Assembly (NCBI GenBank): GCA_003990765.1 | Contig: RBNJ01000219.1 | Coordinates: 1 to 36,439, forward strand | Length of the DNA: 36,439 bases | DNA from: Jimgerdemannia flammicorona | Lineage: Eukaryota | Direction of reading: 5' to 3' | Shown here: one piece after another, positions 25,049 through 35,829 of the stretch | How positions within the stretch are numbered: the first letter of the stretch is position 1 | Layout of the letters: every line of letters starts with the position of its first letter | Position numbers and translations under genes: made by a program | Notes under the pieces: model-generated | Databases searched by the model: none | The model's input: the letters and a program-made list of their open reading frames with translations, nothing else | Told to the model about the DNA's origin: nothing

Positions 25049-27155
25049 ATGCCTCGCGGAGCACTGAGTCTCACCCCTGGTACGCTCCTGAGTCTCACCC
25101 CTCCCGCAAACCGCGAATTCACTAACCACTGACCATTGTCCGTTTGCTTAACCTCCCTTTCCCATGCAGTTGCTATAAGAGGTCTTCAGGGCATCGGCAC
25201 CATTGGTGAGCATTACTGTTTTAAGTGTGTCCCTTTCCTATGATTGTTGTTCTGATCAAAGTTCGTCGCGCCAATAGACATGACTGCCTTCGTTCTCGGT
25301 GCTTTCGTCGACCCTGCTCAGAAGCTACGAACTCAACGTGCAATTGTGGACCGCGGAGGCGAACCGCGATGGAACCAGACATTGTCCCTGTGCGTGTTAA
25401 ACTCTCGATATTAATGGATTGTCATAACTTCTCGGCCAAATTATCAAAAAGTCGGATTTTTTTTTTTTGTGGATTGCAACACACAGTGACATCCAAGACG
25501 TACATACGCAGCTCTTTGTTGAAATATTTGACGAGAACCAGAGTTCGATGGATGCAGTCGGTAATTTAAGCTGGCTTTTTGAAGTATCGAGCTAAGATTA
25601 CATCCTCTTGCGATTTTATTCAACACTCTTACCAAGAGGTCATGAAACTCTTCAACTTTAGCCGGCGTGCCTCTCCCTCTTGAAGAGGTCCTTTGCGCTG
25701 GCTTCCTTGACGCCTGGATCCCGATGCAGCGAGCCGATGGCGGTTCTGCGGGGGAGCTGCATCTTACATTCAAGTTTGTCGACCAGGTTTGTCAAGCCGT
25801 TTGTTGTTCACCACCTCCTTCCACAAACTTTCTGAGTTGGATTAATGGAGACTTACACATTGACTGTGTGTCTCAGTGGTGTGAGAGATTCGGCGCCCTT
25901 TCTCTCCATTTTGACGTTCATTTTTGTCCCACTGCTCGCAGGGTGTCCCCGCTAACATCGATGAGCAGCAATCGGAGATGGCCGTTGAGCCCGAAGGCCC
26001 GCGGGCCACGAAACTCCGCCAAACGTTTGAAAAGTCTCTTTCGAAAACCATCAAGAACATTAGGTATTAATAAGAATTGGACTGGGACAGAGAACAAGAC
26101 CCTTACTTTAGTGCAACTCATCTTTTGTACGATGAGTTTGCTGATCATTGAAAACACGCTTCTTCAGTTACGAGAAATTAGCGCAGAGTTTTCCACATAT
26201 CGCCAACGACTCACCCGAGTCCCTGCAGAGCGCTCATCAACAAGTCACAACTTTTCTGCAACAAAGCGTTCAGGTACCTATTCAATCCCATTTGACCCAT
26301 GACATGCCGCTACATCAACATCCAGTAATATCGAACTTCGTCTTTTTTATACGACTCCGCATGACAGGAAGAGTTTCAAAATTTGCTGGAGACCAAAAAT
26401 CTTATCCGAAAGCTGAACGAATTGGACATGCTTATCGATGCGGCAAGGAAAAATAAACAGGCGAGACTAGGAAAGCTGGTACGGAACAGGTATGCGTCAG
26501 CGGATTGCTTAACATCTTTTCAAGTATAAGCAAATGGCTTGATGGAGCATGAAACCTGTGTTTTATAGAATTTCTGCACACTTTTCTGCCACGCACAGTG
26601 CCGACATTACACCTGATATTGCCATTCGCGCGCGAACAGTACCGATCAAGCAACAAGAGTTCCAACGACTGCAAGATGAGCTCGCGAGGGTATGTCAACC
26701 TCATTCGCTGCTGATTGCCTTTGGTTGACTACTATTGCCAATCCCAAGCACAGATCAAGCTTCAATTATGAAGCCGATTACTAACATTTCTCTGCATCTC
26801 GCCACGCTATTTCCGACCAGGTCCGACAAGAGAACAAGACCCTTATGAGCGAGCTCGTGGCGAAGAAGACACGCCTCGACTTGGTCAAAACGACAGTACG
26901 AGAAATCTCGAACGAGCTGAGCCAGGTCGGTTTGTTGTCATTCCCTTTATACCGTACTCGAAAACAAGTTGGCCCACCGTATTCATTCTATTGAATCTAT
27001 TCTGTGCTTGGAATCCCTTTACCCGTGCCCACCTTTAGGCCGTTGAGATTTCGCGTCGCATGCCAATTGACGATATGCAGCACCTGATCGATGAGATGGT
27101 ACCATCTTTGCAGCGTGGGCAATGGGGTTTTGGTGAGGGCAGTGTCGTCCGTTGA
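25049..27155 (+). CDS. NNF1: C2 domain - Nnf1 (MIND/Mis12 kinetochore subunit) fusion protein, 11 exons
   Basis: C2 exons 25049-25079, 25170-25205, 25278-25389, 25487-25560 and 25662-25786 (MPRGALSLTP..KLRTQR..GGEPRWNQTL..LFVEIFDEN..DAWIPM..SAGELHLTFKF). Nnf1-like exons 25942-26063, 26168-26273, 26368-26489, 26599-26689, 26821-26925 and 27039-27155 (GPRATKLRQTFEKSL..SYEKLAQSFP..EEFQNLLETKNLIRKLNELDMLIDAAR, then coiled coil). Confidence 0.78.
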
Positions 27156-27261
27156 ATGGCAAGAGCTGTTCCATTGGTGTACAATAATGGGAAGGAAACC
27201 TGGTGTTTTGTAAGGTATGGGCATTGCCTATCAACTTTTATCATGTAATATTATCACATAT

Positions 27262-27266
<5 letters not shown>

Positions 27267-27335
<69 letters not shown>
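27267..27335. repeat. Long poly(T) tract
   Basis: Uninterrupted T run downstream of the C2-Nnf1 stop. Confidence 0.9.
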
Positions 27336-27336
<1 letters not shown>

Positions 27337-28753
27337 GATTATTTAATCTATCCATTTGCACGTTGTCATTCCTTTGTATACATCTCGATACTTGGATGTA
27401 AAATCAGGGGGTGGAATGTACATAGCATGGATTCGAGGATGTGAGGGATCCAAAAGGATGCACGTGCGAGTAAAACTTGAACATTGCATTTTCGTTGTCT
27501 CACGAATTCAACGAATGGAAGTCCTGTTGCGGATGCTGTAGTTAGAAGCAGAACGCAATGATTGAAGCGAGACACGTGTTTTTATGACCGACACTGGCAG
27601 GAAGTGTAACTTATCGTGCCAGAAAATATGGTAGTCGCTTTGCGCTTGTCAGGCATCCTACAAAAGCCGCTATTGATCCAGTCCCTAAGTCCTATATATG
27701 TTAAACTCGAGAGTAGAATACCAAATTGGTTTTAATCATCTTCGAGGGAGGGGCAGGGCTATTCGCATGGACTGTTGAATTGTGCGAAGAAACGGGATCA
27801 TTGTAAAGGTGATGCTGCAATAATGTAGTCTCGAGAAGCTGTGGCAGGCTGAACAGATGTATGGCGAGATTTCAAAATGCCTCACACGGTAGTGGAGGTA
27901 CTACTCACAGCCGTAGTGGTGGAAGTGTAGACAAAAAGTTGGCAGCATAAGGCTTCGCGTAGTAGGTGTGGTGGTGCTTGTCGTGGCCGTAGTGGACGAT
28001 TGACGCAGAGCTAGCCAATGGTAGGCATGCTTGTAAACAATCGCTATTACAAAAATACAATCTGAAATTTTCAGAATATGTTGTCAGTGTTCTAAAAAGA
28101 TATAAGTAAACATCCTTTATAATTAAAATGCTGGATTATTCTATACTATGATATAAGCTACATATATACTTTAAAAAAGAAGTAGAGAGATATAAATAAA
28201 TTTATTATTTATAAAAAAATTATTATATAATTGAGAACAGAGATTATCTAGTGAGCTCAGCAATCTTATTAAAGAAGTAATTTTGATAAATTGTAATTAT
28301 ATATTATTATATAATAAACTTAAGTATATCTATGATATTTATTGTTTTATTCTCAGTATAAAGTTTATAATTATCATAATAGCCAAGTTCTAAGACATTC
28401 TTAAGTCTGCTGTACAGTTAAAAGATAACAATTTAATTGATAGAGACGAAAAAAAAAAAAAAAAAAAAAAAAAACTACCAACCATCACACTTTAGTCAGT
28501 CTTTTACCACTCTTATTTTTGCCATAAGAGTTTTCTTTGCTGTATGATCTCCAGGGAATCTTCCTAGAGAATGAAGGTTGAAGACTGACAACGTCGTTTC
28601 ATTTTCATTTGGCTTCTTATTACCCTGTCTTTCTTATCACACATAATCTTCCTTTCAGTTGGTCTTTTGTTGCCACAAGAGTCTTTCCATAGAAACGGGG
28701 CGCGCAAGCAAGCCACTGCCCAAATTCTGTTTATCGCCATAGTCACAACAGAA

Positions 28754-29102
28754 ATGTGCCATCGTGTCGTTTGTCCAGATTGTAACAAGTATACATGGGA
28801 AGGTAAGCCTAACCATGCCTTTGAACACGGCCCTACGTCGCATCATCTCTGACACCCCCCTCCTCCGCTCTCTGCGTCCTCACCAAGGCTGCGGCCGTCA
28901 CATCGAACAAGCGCTTCACGGACTGCCGCCGGACGCCATATGCAAGTGCAGCGAGGAACCTCAACAGTGCGAGAAAGCTCAGGCGTCATCAGCATCCGTC
29001 AGCGAGATGCGGAAACAGATTGGAGCGGTGACGGAGGAACACCGGCAGACTTCGGCCTTGTCAACCTATCAAAAATTACTGAAGGGATTGGCCGAAGCGT
29101 GA
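28754..29102 (+). CDS. Small Cys/His protein (MCxxxxCxxCxKxTWxGCGxH...CxC family), 2 exons
   Basis: Exons 28754-28802 and 28888-29102 encode MCHRVVCPDCNKYTWEGCGRHIEQALHGLPPDAICKC... Confidence 0.75.
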
Positions 29103-29346
29103 GATAATTATGGTGCGGCGCGCTAGTGTTGAGCACAGAGCAAACAGTGGGGTGACGTGCACCCTTCCCCCCCTTTTCTGTTGTTATGCTGTAAGGGGTT
29201 TCCCCAATTCCGTTTGCATATATCAAGTTCTTGATAATAAGAGGACAACGATGCCAGCTATATTGAAAGTTTTTGGTATTTGATGACTACAATCCAATTG
29301 GGTGAATGGTCAATTCACATTACGTATCGTACGAAACTCCAGTAAA

Positions 29347-29609
29347 CTACGCCGATACGTTCAATAAAATAATGCTATCCCCATTCTTGCCCCCGGAACT
29401 CGACAGATACGTCACATTCTTCGCCTGTGCCAATGTCGACACGATATTCTTGGACGCCTCAATGACGGCTTTTTCTGGGGCCTATGAGATCAGTTCTGCC
29501 GCCTTCTGCATGGATGATGGAAGCCAATTTTTCTTGTTCGGCCTGTAATGGGTGCCATTATATAGGCGTGAGATTCAGGTAACTTATTTATTATTATTAT
29601 TATTATTAT

Positions 29610-29662
<53 letters not shown>

Positions 29663-30270
29663 GGGGGGGGGCACTCGAAATAAACGAAGATATCGGCGTG
29701 GCGTACATAGTGTTAGATACCTTCTCGACAATAAATTTGGCTCCGTCAGCTTCCTGTTTGCGCAATCTGTTTCTGTTCGACAGTGTTCGTGAAGTTTTTG
29801 CCAAAAGACATAGGAGTCTGAATAAAATAATAACCAGTATCAATAAGTTATTCCTGGTCCAGAGTCTGTCTTTTATCTAAACCCTGCGTTATAGAGACAA
29901 AGGCAAACGTGCAGAATAAAGCAAGGGGAAGACAACATACAATTGACATATTATCTAACTGAATGTTGAACTCCATCTCCCTCTTTACGAGATCTTCCCT
30001 GATCCTCGACACAACCGCCCTCTGGATGATCAGCTCACCCGCATCGAATTGGGCGACTATGCTCATGAGCATCTCATTGCCGACGGAGGGGAGAACACGC
30101 TCGTCGTAATCCATGCCCAGGTTCTGGTAGATAGAGGACAGGCGGGAGATCTCGGGCCTATGCAGAACGCGGAGACCATCTGCATGTCTTTCGAGCCGGT
30201 TGTTGTAGAGATGTTTCGCGCACGTCGAAGATCACAGCCAAGGGACCAGAAAGTGAGTGCTTCCAGCAAT
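29347..30270 (-). pseudogene. PHB1: Prohibitin-1 pseudogene, 5'-truncated, introns retained
   Basis: [83 protein letters not shown] and NVTYL...LLNVSA*. Many short deletions and frameshifts. Confidence 0.88.
29586..29671. repeat. (TAT)n microsatellite, poly(T) and poly(G) in a PHB1 pseudogene intron
   Basis: Seen directly. The T run spans 29612-29661 and is followed by a G run. Confidence 0.85.
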
Positions 30271-30491
30271 GAACTGCTGTTCATCCGTCTTTTCAATATC
30301 CTTTCCCCCGAGTCCAAAAACATCTCCAATCCAGACTCTGGCAGCTCGTCTTTTTCGTCACCTGCGGGATTCAACGCCACGTCGGAATTCCGTCATACCT
30401 CCTCTCGCGACTGGTTGGACACAACGCCAGCTCTTCCGCACCATCCTCCGACCCGTCTCGTTGCACCTCCGCCACCCTCCTCGTGGCCTCC

Positions 30492-33062
30492 TTAAAAAGA
30501 CGAACAAGCGCCAAATCCACCCTGGGCCGGGGCTGATCCAAGAGGCTTTGAATCGCCAGACGTGGGTCTTGATTCAGGGAGGTTTTGCGATCTGATGTTG
30601 GCAATTAGCGTTCGTAAGTGCCACCGCCGCCACCGCCAGGGGAGCGGGTCTCGGCAGACTCTCCTGTCTCATCCAGTCCAACTCGATAATGATCAGTTGC
30701 ATATCACATACGTACCTCTCCGTTTGTGCCGAGTCTGAGACTTGGTCGGATCGTTCGCGGTCGCCGCGCACTTCGAGCAGAAAGTCATCGACGGCGTCGA
30801 GGAGCTGTCGCAGGTCCGTCGTGCGGTTCCGTGTGAAAAAGCCTTGGAGCTCTGCGGTCGTCACATAGCCCTCGGGGATGGATTTGCAGAGTTTGTCGGC
30901 AGTGCTTTTCAGTTCTTCGGGGTTGTAAGAAGGGGGCGGAGCGATTTTGGGGTCTGGTGCGAAGAATTTGAGAAACATGCAGCCGATTTGATAGGTAGAG
31001 GCGTAGTCAAAGAGAACTTTGAGGTCAACGCTGGGGTGAGAGGAAGGAAGAAGATGGCAGGTATAGTGAGTACATGATTATACTCACACAAAAGCATGTG
31101 CGTAATCTTACCGCCCCGGTCGGATCAATGCCCGGTTCAGCTTATTTAGGTGGTTTGTGGTCATGAATACCACTATTATAGCGAGCCCGCGAGGGACGTA
31201 AGATAAACAGTATCAGCATCCTTCCACAACATCACGCCACACCATCATAAAAACGCCCGACTTTCTCATTACATCCCTCCTTCCATTCGCCACTTGCCAT
31301 GTGCTACATGGCATCAATCTTTGTCATCTTCCGCAAAACCCAATTCCCACCCCCACGCAACCCGCGCATCCTCCAATCTACCCACCCGACCCTTCCTGCG
31401 CCGTAATCCCATCTAACGCGTTTAAGAACCCGCTCATGGTAAGCCCCTGCGGTATTCCGAGCTGCCTCTGGTCGCCCCCCTCAGGGGGCAGCAGAGCGTC
31501 CACGTCCTCGATTAGCAGTACCGAATTTTTGGGTGCAGCGGCCAGCAGCGTGTTGAGCAGGCCGTCCGACAGCCCGCTGATAGACATGTTCACCACGCAC
31601 ACCGACAGCGCCAGCTGGCCCGCCAGCGCCTGAACGAACGACGACTTGCCTGTCCCCGGCGGGCCATAAAGCAGGTAGCCACGTCGATATGGGATCCCGC
31701 GCTGGTGGTACCAGTCTGCGGAGTCACGGAAGAGCGCGACGTCTGGGATGGGGTGGGGTGGGTAGGATGAGTGCGTAAGTGCGGGAGTGCGTAAGGTGAT
31801 TAAACGGTGCTGGGGTTCATGGCTAATCCGAGCGAAGCGCGATGTAATGCTTGTAGAGAGGTGAAAGGGGGCTTGCTACTGACCTTTAAGCAAAGTTTCC
31901 TTCACTCCTTCATCCAGAATGACGGAGTCGAGGTTACGCGGAACCTTTGTGCATGCGGGGGACCCTGACGAGGGCAACGGTTTGAGGTTGAAAGTGTGCA
32001 CGAGTCAGGCGACATACCAAGGACGGATCACGGAATGACTTACAGTTGAAATCGAACGGGCGGCATTGATAAACCGTCACCTGAGAAGGGTACGGGTATG
32101 ACGGTTTGTTGATTACAGGCTGGGGTGATCCGAGGTGTAATGCAAAGGGCATCCACAACCCCGACTCAAGGCCGCGAAAACACAGCATCCCATTGCCATC
32201 TCTGCTCATCCCCCGTACCAACCTTGCCATTGTGTCTCTGATAATACTGTTCGACAGCCTCTGCGATCATCCCCTTCAAAAAACTCGAGTCCCACGATAC
32301 CATCCACAACACAATCTGGTGGTTCGTCGTACGCCCGGGCTGCACCGCCCCTGGGCCAAACATGTGACCCGCCCCGATGGGGTTCACTGTTTCTTGCCGA
32401 ATTCGTTGCACGCGCAGCTTCCGGCCGCGGTGATAGTAGACATGGGGAGTATAGCCTAGAGTGGGCATGCCGCGTTAGGAAAACCAATTCGAGGCTGAAC
32501 CACAGACACAAACCACACGTAAAATGTACCAGGAGCATATAACAGCCGGGGCCTCTCCCGGCCCGCCGGCGATCCGCCGTACACGCCGGACCCCTTGGCA
32601 GGGTCGGGGTCGTGGTCGCGCTCCCATATGGACCTGACGACGAGGTTGCGGATACGGCCGGAATAGGGGTGGTCGGCGAGGAACTCCTCGAGGGCATGGT
32701 AGGCCTCGTCCTTCTCCTCGATGACAATGCTGACGGTGATGGTTTTCCAGAGGTAGAGGTAGAACTCGTGGAAGAAGGCTTGGGAGGGAGAGACGAGGGA
32801 TCCTGGACGGTTTTCGTGGGAAAATGACACGAAGGTTCAGCAAAGATTTTTTATTTGGAACACCCGTCTTTCTGAGCTTACCGCAAATGACCAGGAACAG
32901 GCCCGCGCTGAGGTAGTCGTTCCCAAAGAACCTGGCGACTAGACGCGTGGCCGACGGGCCGAGGAACCTCTCGAGGTAGTCCGACTCGATAAGCGTTTCA
33001 ATGGCCGTGGCGGTGCGGTTGAGGAAATGCTGCGTGTCGTGGATGACCCAGCCGAAGTCCAT
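30492..33062 (-). CDS. BCS1: BCS1-like mitochondrial AAA ATPase; 3' end uncertain
   Basis: Exons 33062-32882, 32802-32530, 32455-32223, 32080-32044, 31964-31884, 31742-31386, 31172-31112 and 31030-30716, then either 30663-30492 or read-through to a stop at 30574. Motifs RNLDSVILDEG, WYHQRGIPYRRGYLLYGPPGTGKSS, LLIEDVD, LTMSGFLNALDG, FMTTNH and LIRPGRVD. Confidence 0.88.
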
Positions 33063-33789
33063 GATGAGTTCTCGGAGGGTGGGATGGGGGGGGAGAGGGT
33101 GTGTGGGGTGTGTGGGAAGCGTATTTTCGTATTTTTATATTTTCGTTCACGCGAGGCCTTTTCTATGCGGGTGACCGCGTTGAGGATCCGCTTTTGGAGT
33201 CGTCCCCCGACCACTTTGTGTCCCCGTCGGCCCGCTCTCGTCGATCCCTTGCACTCGGCTCGACCGGATGCCACACACAAACCCTGCCGTTTGGTACAAT
33301 ATGAAATCAAAGTTGCGTGATCTGTCACCATCGGTGACAACGGAACAAAACAATCCAAACAAAAGAATATCCGATATTACATCAGACCTAGTATTCACAC
33401 TTTAGCCATCTCAGCTGTCATTCACACATGTTTCCGAGATTCCCGACCCAATCACCCAAGATTCACTGGTAGGTAGGTACCAAGGACTACCTTTTGGAGT
33501 TGGACAGGAGTAAGACCCGCAGAACGGACAATAGGCATGTGTATTATCAGGATGACATTGGGACAAATAAGATCATACAATTCTCTGGATTATTTCTTAC
33601 CAAACCCAAAACTTATGTACCCATGCCACCGAAAAAATCCAGATCAAATTACCCATTACAACATACAATCCTAATACCACCCTTTCCCTTGAAGCCTCCA
33701 TCCCGATCCAACAAGCCTTAGCCGCCTCTGCGCCCACAATACGATCGTCGTACAACCTCCCCTCCCCAGATCAATCCTTCCACCACCAT

Positions 33790-34371
33790 TTACCGCCTCT
33801 TCTTTTCATACCCCGTCACTTGCCGCTTATCCCTACCAATTGCAAACGCCCATCCATACAATCCCCACGCCGCGGCCGCGACGACGACGAACAACAACCA
33901 CTGAGTGACCTTCGCGTTCAATGCCCCGAACTTTTGCGACATACCCAGATAATTATCGTAGCCGTCCTCAGGAACCAAGGCGACGAGCTTGAGGGTGGAG
34001 AGCGTGGCAGCCCATGAGATGGACGCGGCGACGAAGGGGGCAAGCGCGAGCGGCTTGATGAGCGGGGTGGCGGTGGACCTTGCGGCGAAGGAGATGATGC
34101 CGGACTGGACAAGGGCGAGGGTGAGAGCGGAGATGAGCGAGATGGCCGAGTAGAGCATGTAGGATGTGCGCGACGCTATGAGGGCCTCGATGTCCAGGGC
34201 AGGCGAGATGACGGCGGCCGGGTCCAGGAGCCAGGTAAGCAGGACGTGGAAGAGAAGGTGCGCACCAGCGATGGGGTAGAAGTTGATGGGTTTGGCGAGC
34301 ACGTCCAGGCCCGTGTAGCTGGGGCTGGAGGTAGCGGCGGGGATAGAGCCTTGGGCGGATTTAGGGGTCAT
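33790..34371 (-). CDS. Hypothetical multi-pass membrane protein, single exon
   Basis: ORF from MTPKSAQ with coding-like GC bias, about 4 hydrophobic segments and a basic C-terminus KKRR. Confidence 0.65.
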   Translation of the reverse strand: MTPKSAQGSIPAATSSPSYTGLDVLAKPINFYPIAGAHLLFHVLLTWLLDPAAVISPALDIEALIASRTSYMLYSAISLISALTLALVQSGIISFAARSTATPLIKPLALAPFVAASISWAATLSTLKLVALVPEDGYDNYLGMSQKFGALNAKVTQWLLFVVVAAAAWGLYGWAFAIGRDKRQVTGYEKKRR

Positions 34372-34903
34372 GGTAGGGTGTGTGGGGATGGGATGGGTGT
34401 ATGAGGGGAAGGAAGGTGGGTAAGATGGTGGTGTGCTTTTGACGTGAATTTTTCTTACCCTGATTGGGCAACTCGCCAAAATCGCCCACTCCGGCCAACA
34501 CCTTTCCTCTGGTCATCTATACGTTCAAACATCTCCACGTTTTTGCATCATACCCCTAATGGTCTGCAAACGCCATGCTCGCAACGCTTGCAACTGCTTC
34601 CTCAATGAGTGGTATCCCAACCTCGACATGCAAAATTTGAGCGTGAGTTGATTATGCTGGGTTCGGATGGATAGAATTGGCTAACTGTAGCTAACACTAT
34701 ACATCAAAACTATAATTAGCTAATTGGCAAAACTAAAAAGCCAAGGCCCATCCGGAGGAAGATGCTCCTTCGCGCATCAGGTTGTTCGCAGATCACGTGC
34801 TCATTGGCAATAGGATCATGGCCATGTCTAGTGGCAAGTGATTTTCACTCTGAACACTTGGTCAAGTAAAGCCTTCATCGAGACCAACTTGAGCAGTCAA
34901 CCC

Positions 34904-35167
34904 TAGTGCTCGAATTGAAATATTCGATTTGAATTGAGGGCCAATTTAATTTTTGAAATTCAATAACTCGATGAAAACATATCCAAATTTGACAAAATTT
35001 AGCATGTTTGATTTACCTTATCCAGGAGAATCTAACACAACAAAGATCATTAAATTTGGTTAAGTTATTGCATTTCAAAATTTGACTCTTAATTTTAAAT
35101 TGAATTAGACCTCAATTCAATTCAATTTGATTTGATTTGAATTGATTCAATTTGTTTGAGAGTACTA
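34904..35167. mobile_element. hAT-type MITE, family B, inverted CpG-decayed copy of 12528-12771
   Basis: Termini TAGTGCTC...GAGTACTA. Degenerate TSD GTCAACCC / GTCAATCA. The reverse complement is colinear with the 12528 element. Confidence 0.85.
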
Positions 35168-35507
35168 GTCAATCATGCTCTTTTCTTTGCTATCTTACCA
35201 GTTATAAGATTTGGTAGACAACCTTCCAAGTCTCCTTTCTTCTATTATTACCTCTCTACCTCAGATTGGTTTGCTGTATCTGTAAGAATATAGTGAGAGG
35301 GAGATAATAGTATTGAGTTGCCTCTTTATTGATATTGAATTAGTGTCTTCTATACTTTTTGCAGTTTCTGGTATCTTTGACTATATCTAGAGTATACCTG
35401 TTTTTAGTGCTCCGAACGAGTCAATTCGAATCAAATCCGGATTCGATTCATCACATGACGGTTTGATTCAAATCTCAAATCCGAAGCCATCCGGATCAAC
35501 TCGGATT

Positions 35508-35825
35508 TAATCCGAATCGCCCCATCCGAATCGCCCCATCCGAATCACCCATCTGAACTACCCCAATCCGAATCACTCAATCCGAATCACTTAATCCGAA
35601 TCGCCCCATCTGAATCACCCCATCCGAATCACCCATCCGAACCACTCCAATCCGAACCACTCAATCTGAATCACTCAATCCGAATCACTCAATCCGAATC
35701 ACTCAATCCGAATCACTCAATTCGAATCCTCCAATTTGAATCCTCCAATTCGAATTCTCCAATTCGAATCCTTCAATCCGAATCCTTATCCGAATTCTTC
35801 AACCGAATCCTCCAATCCAAATCCT
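35508..35825. repeat. Subterminal tandem array of 13-14-nt units (CCGAATCACTCAAT / CCGAATCGCCCCAT / TCGAATCCTCCAAT)
   Basis: More than 20 imperfect units seen directly. Confidence 0.85.
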
Positions 35826-35829
35826 CCAT

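Noticed and set aside
25667..26302. 211-aa ORF as the real protein
   Set aside because: Only its start is the last C2 exon. The rest is intron read-through out of frame with the Nnf1-like exons.
30049..30495. 148-aa plus-strand ORF
   Set aside because: Antisense shadow of the PHB1 pseudogene.
35508..35825. Tandem array as a CRISPR array or telomere
   Set aside because: Units are contiguous with no unique spacers, are not TTAGGG-type, and lie between a hAT TIR and its transposase.
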